Shown here piece by piece: positions 29,942-41,718 of a stretch of 64,000 bases of DNA (position 1 is the stretch's first letter; the number at the start of each line of letters is the position of its first letter). Source of the DNA: an uncultured Acidobacteriota bacterium (GTDB taxonomy: Bacteria > Acidobacteriota > Vicinamibacteria > Fen-336); NCBI GenBank assembly GCA_963720545.1, contig OY970399.1, positions 1,408,001-1,472,000 on the forward strand. The letters are read 5' to 3'. The notes beneath the pieces were generated by a model. That model ran no database searches and was not told the DNA's origin. It saw only the letters and a program-made list of their open reading frames with translations. A program made the position numbers and the translations under genes.

Positions 29942-30447
29942 CGGCCCGCGGCGGCGCGCTCGCGGTCGAACACCACCAGGTCGGTCGCCTGCGGCTTGCC
30001 GCCAAACTGGCGCAGGAACGCCGCCACCTGGCCGCGGTGGTACGTCGAATGGTTGACGGTGTGCTGGACCGTCTGCCAGAGCGGCGCGGTGAACGGCTCG
30101 CCCTGCATGTTGCGATACGAGAACGATCCCGCCAGGTCGCGCTCCTCGAGGTTGCGCAGCCACGCCGCGCGGTGCTCCTCGATCGCGGCCCAGCGGTCGC
30201 GCAGCGCCACGATGTCGGGAAACTCGCCCTCGTCGATGAACGCGGTCGGCGACACGCCCTTCCAGCGCTCGAGCCAGACCCACTCCGCGCCCATCATGTG
30301 GACGAGCGTGCCGCGCACGCCGCCGAAGCTCGAGCCGAGGTCCCGCTTGTAGTCCTCGACCGACAGCAGGGCCGCGCCGCGCATCACGCGGTGGTTGGCC
30401 CAGATCGTGTAGTCGAAGAGCCGCGCTGCGTCGGCCTGGTCGAGCAT
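29938..30447 (-). CDS. DinB-family protein
   Basis: YTIWAN, TLVHMMGAE..W, HTVNHSTYHRGQ. Confidence 0.9.
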   Translation of the reverse strand: MLDQADAARLFDYTIWANHRVMRGAALLSVEDYKRDLGSSFGGVRGTLVHMMGAEWVWLERWKGVSPTAFIDEGEFPDIVALRDRWAAIEEHRAAWLRNLEERDLAGSFSYRNMQGEPFTAPLWQTVQHTVNHSTYHRGQVAAFLRQFGGKPQATDLVVFDRERAAAGR

Positions 30448-30459
30448 GTGCAGCGAATG

Positions 30460-30675
30460 CTACCGCTGGAGCGCTATCGGCTCGGTACGCTTGCGCTTGC
30501 CGAGGGACGCGTTGCAGGCGGCGCACAGGTACTCGTACAGGTCGCCGTCGGGCAGCACCAGCAGCAGCCGCTCGCGCACCGGCTGCGCCTGCTTGCAGCG
30601 TTCGCAGAAGAGCGCCGATGCCTGGAATTCCTCGAACTGCCCCGCGCGGCGGGGCGGACCGGCTGGCCGCATCAT
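30460..30675 (-). CDS. Small zinc-ribbon protein
   Basis: FCERC...YLCAAC with two CxxC pairs; co-directional with dinB-ltaE; start at ATG 30675 or 30672. Confidence 0.7.
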   Translation of the reverse strand: MMRPAGPPRRAGQFEEFQASALFCERCKQAQPVRERLLLVLPDGDLYEYLCAACNASLGKRKRTEPIALQR

Positions 30676-30776
30676 CACTGAAAGAAATAACGGTTCGAGC
30701 CGCGCGCGTCAAGGCGGGGGAGCGAAAAAAGGCGCGTGCTAGAGTCGTTTGCACCGTGCCCGCCGCCCCTGCCGAC

Positions 30777-32231
30777 GTGAGCAAGACGCTCTACCAGCCG
30801 GTCATCGGCCTCGAAGTCCACGTGCAGCTGCTGACCGCGACCAAGGCGTTCTGCTCGTGCCGCAACCGTTTCGGCGACCCGCCGAACACCCACATCTGCC
30901 CCGTGTGCCTCGGGCTGCCGGGGGCGCTGCCGGTCCTGAACCGCAGGGCCGTGGAACTGGCCGTGCGTGCCGCTCTCGCGCTCGAGTGCGAGGTCCACGA
31001 GACGTCGGTCTTCGCGCGCAAGAACTACTTCTACCCGGACCTTGCGAAGGGCTACCAGATCTCGCAGTACGACAAGCCGCTCGCAACCTCGGGCCGCCTC
31101 GAGATCGTGGCCGCCGGCGCCGCCAGGACGATCGGCATCGAGCGCATCCACATGGAAGAGGATGCCGGCAAGCTGCTCCACGAAGGCTTCGCCTGGTCGG
31201 GCGAGAAGAGCGGCGTCGACTTCAACCGCAGCGGCGTGCCGCTCATCGAGATCGTGTCGCGGCCCGACCTGCGCTCGGCCGAAGAGGCGTACGAGTACCT
31301 CACGGCGCTGAAGTCGGTGCTGCTCTACACCGCGGTCAGCGACGGCAACATGGAGGAGGGCTCGCTGCGTTGCGACGCCAACGTTTCCGTCATGCCCAAA
31401 GGCAGCGAAACCTTCGGCACGCGCGCCGAGATCAAGAACCTCAACTCGTTCCGCAACGTCGCCCGCGCCATCGACTACGAAGTGGCGCGGCAGGCCGCGG
31501 TGCTCGATTCCGGCGGCCGCATCGTGCAGGAGACGCGCCTCTGGAACGCCGACCGCGGTGAAACCGTGTCGATGCGTTCGAAGGAGGACGCGCACGATTA
31601 CCGCTACTTCCCCGAGCCCGACCTGCCGCCGCTTACGGTCGGTGCGGAGTGGCGTGAGGCCGTGCGCGCGGCGCTCCCGGAATTGCCCGCGGCGCGGCGA
31701 CAGCGCTTCGCCGCCGAGTACGGGATCCCCGCCTACGACGCCGCCGTGCTGACCGCATCGCAGGATGTCGCCGACTACTTCGAGGCGGCGGCGCAAAAAA
31801 GCGGCAACCCCAAGGCGGTCTCGAACTGGGTGATGACCGAGGTGCTGCGCAAGCTGAAGGAAGACGGCCGCGAGATCACGGCCTCGCCCATCGCGAGCGG
31901 CCATGTCGCCGAACTGGTCGCCCTCATCGACTCTGGCACCATCAGCGGCAAGATCGCCAAGGACGTGTTCGAGAAAGCGTGGGCGTCGGGCGAGAGCCCG
32001 AAGGCGCTGGTCGAGCGCGAGGGGCTGGTGCAGATCAGCGACGTGGCGGCGGTGCAGGAAGCGGTCGACGCGGTCATCGCAGGGAACCCGGACGCCGTGA
32101 ACACCTACCGCAAGGGCAAGACCGGCAGCCTCGGCTTCCTCGTGGGCGCCGTCATGAAGCGGACCGCCGGCAAGGCCAACCCGCAGCTCGTGAACACCTT
32201 ATTGAAGAGGGCTCTTGACAGCGCCGGCTGA
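30777..32231 (+). CDS. gatB: Asp-tRNA(Asn)/Glu-tRNA(Gln) amidotransferase subunit B
   Basis: VIGLEVHVQL, CLGLPGALP, RKNYFYPD, HMEEDAGK, DYRYFPEPDL; start at GTG 30777 or 30756. Confidence 0.96.
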   Translation: MSKTLYQPVIGLEVHVQLLTATKAFCSCRNRFGDPPNTHICPVCLGLPGALPVLNRRAVELAVRAALALECEVHETSVFARKNYFYPDLAKGYQISQYDKPLATSGRLEIVAAGAARTIGIERIHMEEDAGKLLHEGFAWSGEKSGVDFNRSGVPLIEIVSRPDLRSAEEAYEYLTALKSVLLYTAVSDGNMEEGSLRCDANVSVMPKGSETFGTRAEIKNLNSFRNVARAIDYEVARQAAVLDSGGRIVQETRLWNADRGETVSMRSKEDAHDYRYFPEPDLPPLTVGAEWREAVRAALPELPAARRQRFAAEYGIPAYDAAVLTASQDVADYFEAAAQKSGNPKAVSNWVMTEVLRKLKEDGREITASPIASGHVAELVALIDSGTISGKIAKDVFEKAWASGESPKALVEREGLVQISDVAAVQEAVDAVIAGNPDAVNTYRKGKTGSLGFLVGAVMKRTAGKANPQLVNTLLKRALDSAG

Positions 32232-32348
32232 CCGGCCAAAGGTAAAAGAGCGTGAAGCACCGCCGGGAGGCCCCCACGGAACAGCCGCGGCTCGTATCAT
32301 CCCCGGCGAATACTCACTCAGGCACGCACCTCTAAAAGGAAATATCCA

Positions 32349-32927
32349 ATGAACGTTCGCATGGCATTCGTAGTGGGCGCACTGGCCCTGGCCGTTCCCG
32401 CAGTTGCGCAAGACGCCGCCCCGCGCGAGACCGTCAGCGCGGTGGTCGGCGGCAAGAAGGTCGCCGTCGAGTATGGCCGTCCCTCGCTGAAGGGCCGGGA
32501 TCTCGGCGCGATGCTGAAGCAGCTCCCCGCCGACAAGGTGTGGCGCGCCGGCAGCGAGCAGGTCACCACGCTCACGACCGAAGGCGCTGTGATGGTCGGC
32601 GGCAAGAAGCTGCCCGCCGGCAAGTACAGCGTCTACGTGGTGGTGGCCGACGACGGCACGCGCTCGCTGCTGCTCAACAGCGACGGCGGCATGCCGCTCG
32701 GCGAGCTTTGGGCCGAAGCGCCGGCCGCGCTCAAGACGGCGCCGTGGCCGCAGATGGGCCCGAAGGGCTACGCCAACGTCGCCGACAAGGAAGTCGCCCG
32801 CGTGAAGATGGCGAAGGCCGAACTCGCGACCCCCACCGACATGTTCACCATCAAGATGACCGACAAGGCCCTGACGATGGCGTGGGGCAACGAGAGCTGG
32901 TCCACGACGCTGGCGCCCGCCTCCTAG
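32349..32927 (+). CDS. Secreted DUF2911-like protein
   Basis: Signal peptide; VEYGRPSLKGR, VWRAG, LPAGKYS, AW motifs; AAAGGA SD. Confidence 0.85.
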   Translation: MNVRMAFVVGALALAVPAVAQDAAPRETVSAVVGGKKVAVEYGRPSLKGRDLGAMLKQLPADKVWRAGSEQVTTLTTEGAVMVGGKKLPAGKYSVYVVVADDGTRSLLLNSDGGMPLGELWAEAPAALKTAPWPQMGPKGYANVADKEVARVKMAKAELATPTDMFTIKMTDKALTMAWGNESWSTTLAPAS

Positions 32928-32953
32928 GCCGAAGCACCGCCACGGCCGCATCG

Positions 32954-32986
32954 CGGCCCGCCTCTCGCAAAGGGGCGGGCCGTTTT
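32954..32986 (+). terminator. Intrinsic terminator between convergent DUF2911 and mutase genes
   Basis: CGGCCCGCCTCT-CGCAA-AGGGGCGGGCCG followed by TTTT. Confidence 0.75.
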
Positions 32987-32998
32987 CCTTTTCGGGCG

Positions 32999-34561
32999 CT
33001 AGAGGACGAGCTGCTCGCGGTGTTCGCCGAACACGCCGCGCAACACCGCGGCCAGTTCGCCGACCGTCGCCCAGGCGAGCACCGCGTCGACCAGCAGCGG
33101 CATCAGGTTGGCGCTGCCGCGCGCGGCGCCTGCGACCGCCGCAAGCGCTGCGTCGCACTTCGCCTGGTCGCGGCGCGCTCGCAGGGCGCGCACCCGGTCA
33201 ACCTGTGCCTTCTCAACCGCCGGGTCGATCCGCAGCAGCTCCATCGTCGCGGCTTCGTCGGCGGCGGCGAAGCGGTTGACGCCGACGATTACGCGTTCGC
33301 CCTGTTCCACGGCCTGCTGGTGCGCGTACGCCGATTCCTGGATGGCGCGCTGCACGTCGCCGCGCTCGATCGCTGCCAGCGCGCCGCCGCGGGCCTCGAT
33401 GCGCTCGAGCAGCTCGCGAGCCGCGGCCTCGAGCGCCGAGGTCTCCGCCTCCACCGCCCAGGAGCCGCCCAGCGGATCGACGGTCTCGATCACTCCCGAC
33501 TCGAAGGCGATGACCTGCTGCGTGCGCAGCGCGAGGCGCGCCGACTCCGCGGTGGGCAGCGCGAGCGCTTCGTCCTTGCCGTTCGTGTGCAGGCTCTGGC
33601 AGCCGCCGAGCACCGCCGCCAGCGCCTGCAGCGTGACGCGCACGACGTTGTTGTCGGGCTGCTGCGCGGTGAGCGTGACGCCGCCCGTCTGCACGTGGAA
33701 GCGCAGGTGCTGCGCCTTGGGGTTCAGGACGCCGAGCCGTTCCCTGACGAGGTGTGCCCACAGGCGCCGCGCGGCGCGGAACTTGGCCACTTCCTCGATG
33801 AAGTCGGAGTGGCAGGCGAAGAAGAACGACAGGCGTTCGCAGATGCGGCCGGGATCGAGGCCGCGGGCCGCCGCCGCACGCACGTACTCGAGCGCATTGG
33901 CAAGCGTGAATGCGATCTCCTGCGCCGCCGTCGCACCGGCTTCGCGGATGTGGTAGCCGGAGACCGAGAGCGTGTTCCAGCGCGGCACGCGCGCGTCGCA
34001 ATAGCCGATGAGGTCGCTCACCAGGCGCAGCGACGGCTGCGGCGGGTAGATGTAGGTGCCGCGCGCCGCGTACTCCTTGAGGATGTCGTTCTGCACGGTG
34101 CCGGAAAGGGACGCCTCCGCGACGCCGCGGCGGCGCGCCACCGCGATGTAGAGGGCCAGCAGCACCGCAGCGGTGGCGTTGATCGTCATCGATGTGGACA
34201 CCGTCTCGAGCGGGATCGAGTCGAGCAGCGTCTCCATGTCCTCGAGGCTCGCGATCGAGACGCCGACCCGGCCGACTTCGCCCGCAGCGTGCGGGTCGTC
34301 GGGGTCGTAGCCGATCTGGGTCGGCAGGTCGAAGGCGACCGAGAGGCCCGTGGTGCCGTGGGCGAGCAGGTAGCGATAGCGCTCGTTCGACTCCTGCGCG
34401 GTGCCGAAGCCCGCGTACTGGCGCATCGTCCACAGCCGCTCGCGGTAGCCGCCCTGGTGCAACCCGCGCGTGAACGGAAACGACCCGGGCTCGCCGACCT
34501 CTTCCGGCGCCGGGGCGTCGCCCGCGCGATAAACCGCCTTGCGAGTCGGTCCCGACGGCAT
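32999..34561 (-). CDS. Methylmalonyl-CoA mutase, substrate-binding (large) subunit
   Basis: [46 protein letters not shown]; no B12-binding DxHxxG domain. Confidence 0.92.
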   Translation of the reverse strand: MPSGPTRKAVYRAGDAPAPEEVGEPGSFPFTRGLHQGGYRERLWTMRQYAGFGTAQESNERYRYLLAHGTTGLSVAFDLPTQIGYDPDDPHAAGEVGRVGVSIASLEDMETLLDSIPLETVSTSMTINATAAVLLALYIAVARRRGVAEASLSGTVQNDILKEYAARGTYIYPPQPSLRLVSDLIGYCDARVPRWNTLSVSGYHIREAGATAAQEIAFTLANALEYVRAAAARGLDPGRICERLSFFFACHSDFIEEVAKFRAARRLWAHLVRERLGVLNPKAQHLRFHVQTGGVTLTAQQPDNNVVRVTLQALAAVLGGCQSLHTNGKDEALALPTAESARLALRTQQVIAFESGVIETVDPLGGSWAVEAETSALEAAARELLERIEARGGALAAIERGDVQRAIQESAYAHQQAVEQGERVIVGVNRFAAADEAATMELLRIDPAVEKAQVDRVRALRARRDQAKCDAALAAVAGAARGSANLMPLLVDAVLAWATVGELAAVLRGVFGEHREQLVL

Positions 34562-34595
34562 CCGGGCAACTTAGCACGGCTACAATCGGCCCACC

Positions 34596-36800
34596 TTGTC
34601 CCGAGCGGTGCGCACCAACCTGGTGGCCCTCGCGTTTGCGCTGAGCGGCGCCGCGGCGCTCGTCTACCAGGTGGTGTGGCAGCGGATCCTCGCGCTCGCG
34701 ACCGGCGTCGGCATCGTTTCGGTCACCGTCATCACCGCGGCCTTCATGATGGGACTCGGCATCGGCAACCACTGGGGCGGGCGGCTCAGCGAACGGCTCG
34801 GGCCGTCGCGCTCGCTGCGCGCGTTCGCGGTGCTCGAACTTCTGATCGGCGGGTTCGGCGTAGCGAGCGTGGCGCTCTACTACGACTTGCTGTACCGAAA
34901 CGCCACCAGCCTTTACGCGAGCGACGCGCTCGGACTGTCGCTGCACTTCATCGCGCTGCTGCCGCCCACGGTGCTCATGGGCATGTCGCTGCCGCTGCTC
35001 GTCTGCGGCACCGCGCTGCCGCTCGCGCGCGGCGACCGCACCGTCGACTTGCTGTACGCGCTCAACACACTGGGCGCCGCGGCCGGCGCGCTCGCCACAC
35101 CGGCGCTGATCCTGCGCCACACCGGGCTGCGCGGTGCCGTGTTCGTGGCCGCCGCCGCCAATGCCGCCGCGGCGCTCGGCGCGCTCGGCGCCGGGGAACG
35201 CCTCGCTCGCGGCAACGAACGCGCGCCGTCGGCGCCCGCCGGCTACCCGCGGCGCGAGTGGCTGCTTTTCTACGCGTTCGGCGGCTTCGTCTCGCTCGGG
35301 CTCGAGCTCGTGTGGTTCCGCCTCACCGACATCGGCGTGAAGGCGACCGCGATGACCTTCGGCGCGGTGTTGTGCGTCTATCTCGCCGGCCTCGGCGCCG
35401 GCGGGCTGATCGGCCGCAACCTCGCGGTGGTGGCGCGCCGGCCGCTGCGCACGTTCTTCCTCGCGCAGGCGGCGATCGGCCTGTGCGCCGCGCTGCCGGT
35501 CATCGCCATCCCGCACGTGCGCCAGAGCTGGCCGGTCGTCGGCTGGTTCGTGCACTACTGGGGGCAGCGCTTCCACCTGCTGCGCGAAGGGCCGTGGGAC
35601 ACGGCCGGCTTCCTGCGCCTCTACGCGCTGTGGCCGGCTCTGCTGTTCCTCTTACCGACGCTGCTCATGGGCATCGCCTTCTGCGCGCTGCAGAAGGCGG
35701 TGGCGAACGAAGGCGGCACCAGCGGGTTGCGCGTCGGCGCGCTGCAGGCCGCGAACATCGTCGGCTGCGTCGCCGGCAGCCTGTGCGTCGGCCTGTTCCT
35801 CATGGAGCGCTTCGGCACCACCGGCACGCTGCGCTTCCTCGCCGGCTGCTCGGCGGTATTCGCACTGGCCGGCGCGCGCCGCGACAGCCGCAAGGTGTTC
35901 GTGCCGATGCTCGCGGCCCTGGCCCTCGCCTGCATTGCCGTGCCCTCGCAGGAGGGCTTGTGGCGTGCGCTGCAGGCGCGCGAACGCGAGCGCTTCATGG
36001 TGGAAGAGGACCGCACCGGCGTGATCGCGCTCTCGTACGAGCCGCAGCACGAGTGGTACATGTGGATCAACGGACAGAGCCTGAGCTGGCTGCCGTTCGG
36101 CGGCATCCACACGATGCTGGGCGCGGTGCCGACGCTCATCCACCGCTCACCACACAGCATTGCCGTGGTCGGCCTCGGCTCGGGCAACACCGCGTGGGCG
36201 GCCGCGTGCCGCAAGGAGGTGGAGCACGTCACGGTGTTCGAGATCATGCGGCCGCAGGGCGACTTGCTGCACCGGCTCGCAAACGAAACGCGCCACGGCC
36301 GTCCCCCGCACCTGGCGCCGTTCCTCGCCGACCGGCGCATCGAGACGCGCTGGCAGGATGGCCGCCACGCACTCACCCACGACGCGACCAGCTACGACAT
36401 CATCGAAGCCGACGCGCTGCTGCCGGAAACGGCCGGCAGCGGCAGCCTCTATTCCGTCGAGTTCTTCCGCCTCACGGCGCGTCGGCTCAACCCCGGCGGC
36501 CTGATGTGCACCTGGGCGCCGACGCCGCACGTCGCGGCGGCCTTCCATCGCGCCTTCCCGTACGTGGTCGAGTTCGGCGGCGAGGTGCTCGTGGGATCGC
36601 TGCAGCCGATCGTCCTCGAGCCGGCGGCGTGGCTCGCCCGGGGACGCTCGCCGGAGGTGGGCGACTACCTCGGCCAGCGCAACACCGGTATCGCGGTGGC
36701 CGCCCTGGCCTCGGCCCGCTTCCCGCCCTTGCCGCCGCGCGGATTGGTACCCGACTCGGATCTCGTGCTGTGGGACGAGTTTGCGCGGCGCGACCCGTGA
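34596..36800 (+). CDS. Membrane protein fused to a spermidine-synthase-like methyltransferase domain
   Basis: LSGAAALVYQVVW, LYALNTLGA, many TM helices, then VVGLGSG, DGR, YDII, LYSVEFF, LNPGG. Confidence 0.85.
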   Translation: MSRAVRTNLVALAFALSGAAALVYQVVWQRILALATGVGIVSVTVITAAFMMGLGIGNHWGGRLSERLGPSRSLRAFAVLELLIGGFGVASVALYYDLLYRNATSLYASDALGLSLHFIALLPPTVLMGMSLPLLVCGTALPLARGDRTVDLLYALNTLGAAAGALATPALILRHTGLRGAVFVAAAANAAAALGALGAGERLARGNERAPSAPAGYPRREWLLFYAFGGFVSLGLELVWFRLTDIGVKATAMTFGAVLCVYLAGLGAGGLIGRNLAVVARRPLRTFFLAQAAIGLCAALPVIAIPHVRQSWPVVGWFVHYWGQRFHLLREGPWDTAGFLRLYALWPALLFLLPTLLMGIAFCALQKAVANEGGTSGLRVGALQAANIVGCVAGSLCVGLFLMERFGTTGTLRFLAGCSAVFALAGARRDSRKVFVPMLAALALACIAVPSQEGLWRALQARERERFMVEEDRTGVIALSYEPQHEWYMWINGQSLSWLPFGGIHTMLGAVPTLIHRSPHSIAVVGLGSGNTAWAAACRKEVEHVTVFEIMRPQGDLLHRLANETRHGRPPHLAPFLADRRIETRWQDGRHALTHDATSYDIIEADALLPETAGSGSLYSVEFFRLTARRLNPGGLMCTWAPTPHVAAAFHRAFPYVVEFGGEVLVGSLQPIVLEPAAWLARGRSPEVGDYLGQRNTGIAVAALASARFPPLPPRGLVPDSDLVLWDEFARRDP

Positions 36801-36827
36801 TGCGCATTGCGTTGTCGCCGGCGACAC

Positions 36828-36857
36828 TTGACAGTAGAAAGGCACCGTCCCGATAAT
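36828..36857 (+). promoter_or_regulatory. Sigma70 promoter of the small hypothetical gene
   Basis: TTGACA-18 nt-GATAAT. Confidence 0.55.
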
Positions 36858-36882
36858 CATCCTGCAAGGCGAACGGCTAACA

Positions 36883-37206
36883 ATGGCACCCGCGGAGAAA
36901 ACCGACGCCGTCAGCGTAGAAGACGTCAAGCGCATGGTCCAGGACATGGGCACGACGATCCGCCGAACCTTGTCCGAGTCGCCGCAGATCACGCACTGCC
37001 TCAATCGCGTGCGCGCCGAGGGCTACGAAGTCTCCCTGGTGCTCGAAGCCACCATCGGCTTCAGCCGCAGCGGCAGCCGCGAGACCACCGAGGTCTCGAC
37101 CTTCGACTTCCAGATCGAGAAGGCCGAGCAGCCGTCGGTGAAGATGACGCCGCTCGACAAGAAGTTCCTGCGCTCGCTCAAGATCACCGTCAGCGACGAA
37201 GACTAG
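36883..37206 (+). CDS. Small hypothetical protein
   Basis: 107 aa with coding-like codon use; GYEVSLVLEATIGF and DKKFLRSLKI segments; own promoter. Confidence 0.8.
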   Translation: MAPAEKTDAVSVEDVKRMVQDMGTTIRRTLSESPQITHCLNRVRAEGYEVSLVLEATIGFSRSGSRETTEVSTFDFQIEKAEQPSVKMTPLDKKFLRSLKITVSDED

Positions 37207-39766
<2,560 letters not shown>

Positions 39767-39813
39767 GCTGCTTCCTCCCCGAAGGACATCGGGGAGGTTA
39801 GCACGCGGAGTCA

Positions 39814-39842
39814 TTGACACTCCATGGGGGTGCTGGTACGTT
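39814..39842 (+). promoter_or_regulatory. Sigma70 promoter with extended -10, probably giving a leaderless mRNA
   Basis: TTGACA-17 nt-TACGTT with TG upstream; GTG start only 5 nt after the -10. Confidence 0.65.
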
Positions 39843-39847
39843 GAGCC

Positions 39848-41560
39848 GTGGCGAACCCACATTTGCACGTGCCGGTGCGGGCCGCGGCGCTAGTTCTGGG
39901 CGCTGCGCTGCTGGCTGCCGCTCCGGTCGCGGTCGCGGCCGAAGCAGCATCGGTCGGCGCCGAAGGCGGCGGACGGCTTCTCGGCTACGTTCAGGACAGC
40001 CGCGGCGTGCCGGTCGCCGGCGCGCTCATTTCGGTGTTCGGCAAGGGCCTGCGCGGCGGCATCGTCACCTACTCCGACAAGTCGGGCCGCGTGGTCGTGC
40101 CGAGCGTGCCGGCCGGCGCCTACACGCTGCGCGCTCTGGTCGGCATTCCCGGCGCCGGCGCCATGCAGAAGGTCACGGTGCTGCCGAACCAGGATTCGGT
40201 GTTCGCGCTCAGCCTGCAGGCGGCGCTTGCCGATCCGGACGCGAAGGTCGAGGACGAAACCGCGAACGTCGCGCCGCGGCGGCTGCGCTGGCTGGTGCGC
40301 CACAAGGACCGCTCGATCCTGGAATCGGAAGACGAGGCGGAGATACCCGAGGCGCAGGACCTCGACCGCGTGCGCGCCGCGAGCGGCGGCCTGCTCAGCC
40401 AGGCGCTGCCGTGGCTGCCCGAGATGCAGGGCTCGGTGGAATGGGCCACTCCGGTGATCGTCGGCTCCGAGACGACGCCTGCCGATTCGCTCGCCACCAA
40501 CCTCGGTTCGGTCAAGCTGCGCGGCAAGATCGGCGACGACGCCGAGTGGAGCCTCGGCGGCTTGCTTGCCGAGAGCGACAGCGCTTCGTGGCGCATGGCA
40601 GCCGAGTTCGTGGTGGCCCCGGCGGAAGGGCACCATCTCGAGGCGGGCGCCGGCTACGGCGACAACCTGCTGCGGCGCACGCTCACCGGCGGCACCAAGG
40701 ACAACGGTTCCACCGGCGCCGCGTTCATCACCGATCGCTACGAAGCCGGGCCGCTCGAAGTGAACGTCGGCGCGCGCTACCGCTACATCTCGTTCCTGGT
40801 GGACGGCAATCACCTGAGCCCGCAGGCGAGCATCACCGCGAAGGCGGGCGCCAACACCCGGTTCCGTGCCTCGTACGCGAGCCAGGCGGTGACGCCCGGC
40901 GGCGACTTGCTGGCGCTCTCGACGCTGCGCGTCGCCCCGGTCGCAACCGAGGTGGACGTCGATCCGTCGCTGCGCGCCGAACGCGTCGGCCACGTCGAAC
41001 TGGCCGGCATCCGCACCTTCGGGCCGGTGGAGCTCACCGGATTCGTGTTCACCGAACGCGTCTACGATCCGCTCCTCAATCGCTACGAAGGCGGCCGCCG
41101 CCCGGTGCTGCGCGTGACGAACGGCATCGACGCCGACACCCGCGGCGGCGGGTTCACGCTCGGGCGCAAGTTCGGCAGTGTCGCCGATGCCTCGGTCACC
41201 TACACCGTCGGCCAGCAGAACGGCTACTGGGTCGGTGCCGGCGGCGGCTCACGCTTCAACGACCTGGTCGCGCGCGTCGAGACCGTCATCGACGCAACCG
41301 ACACGCGCCTCAGCGGCATGTACCGCGTCAACCGCCTCGGCCGTCCCGGCGATCCGCTGGGTGCTTCGGTCGCCACTCGCTTCGACGTGCAGCTGAGCCA
41401 GGGACTGCCGTTCCTCGGCAGCCTGACCCGCGCCGACTGGGACCTCCTGATCGCCTATCGCAACCTCCTCTACGAGGCTGCGGAGGGCGGGTTCCTCGAC
41501 GAGGTCGTCATCCGCAACCCTCCCCGCCAGGTGGTTGGAGGCGTCTCGGTCCGTTTCTGA
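39848..41560 (+). CDS. Outer-membrane beta-barrel protein with N-terminal carboxypeptidase-regulatory-like domain (TonB-receptor-like)
   Basis: Signal peptide; GYVQDSRGVPVAGALISV...GAYTLRA; amphipathic strands; C-terminal VSVRF. Confidence 0.75.
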   Translation: MANPHLHVPVRAAALVLGAALLAAAPVAVAAEAASVGAEGGGRLLGYVQDSRGVPVAGALISVFGKGLRGGIVTYSDKSGRVVVPSVPAGAYTLRALVGIPGAGAMQKVTVLPNQDSVFALSLQAALADPDAKVEDETANVAPRRLRWLVRHKDRSILESEDEAEIPEAQDLDRVRAASGGLLSQALPWLPEMQGSVEWATPVIVGSETTPADSLATNLGSVKLRGKIGDDAEWSLGGLLAESDSASWRMAAEFVVAPAEGHHLEAGAGYGDNLLRRTLTGGTKDNGSTGAAFITDRYEAGPLEVNVGARYRYISFLVDGNHLSPQASITAKAGANTRFRASYASQAVTPGGDLLALSTLRVAPVATEVDVDPSLRAERVGHVELAGIRTFGPVELTGFVFTERVYDPLLNRYEGGRRPVLRVTNGIDADTRGGGFTLGRKFGSVADASVTYTVGQQNGYWVGAGGGSRFNDLVARVETVIDATDTRLSGMYRVNRLGRPGDPLGASVATRFDVQLSQGLPFLGSLTRADWDLLIAYRNLLYEAAEGGFLDEVVIRNPPRQVVGGVSVRF

Positions 41561-41680
41561 CGCAATCCAATGTCACTGCCGGATCCAAGCGGCCGGATCG
41601 TTGATGCGTCCGGCCGGATTCGAGACTGCTGTGGCAGGCCTCAAGCTCAGCATTTTGAACGTTTTGGATGCTGTTCGGCT

Positions 41681-41696
41681 GGGCATACGGATTGCA
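41681..41696 (+). promoter_or_regulatory. Sigma54 promoter of the kinase/response-regulator operon
   Basis: GGGCATACGGATTGCA: GG(41682-83)-N10-GC(41694-95). Confidence 0.6.
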
Positions 41697-41718
41697 CCTT
41701 CCCGAGCCTGGTGCGTAG

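Noticed and set aside
32540..36856. 1438-aa ORF spanning three genes
   Set aside because: Arg/Gly/Ala-rich, no motifs, and overlaps well-supported genes; stop-poor frames are expected at this GC.
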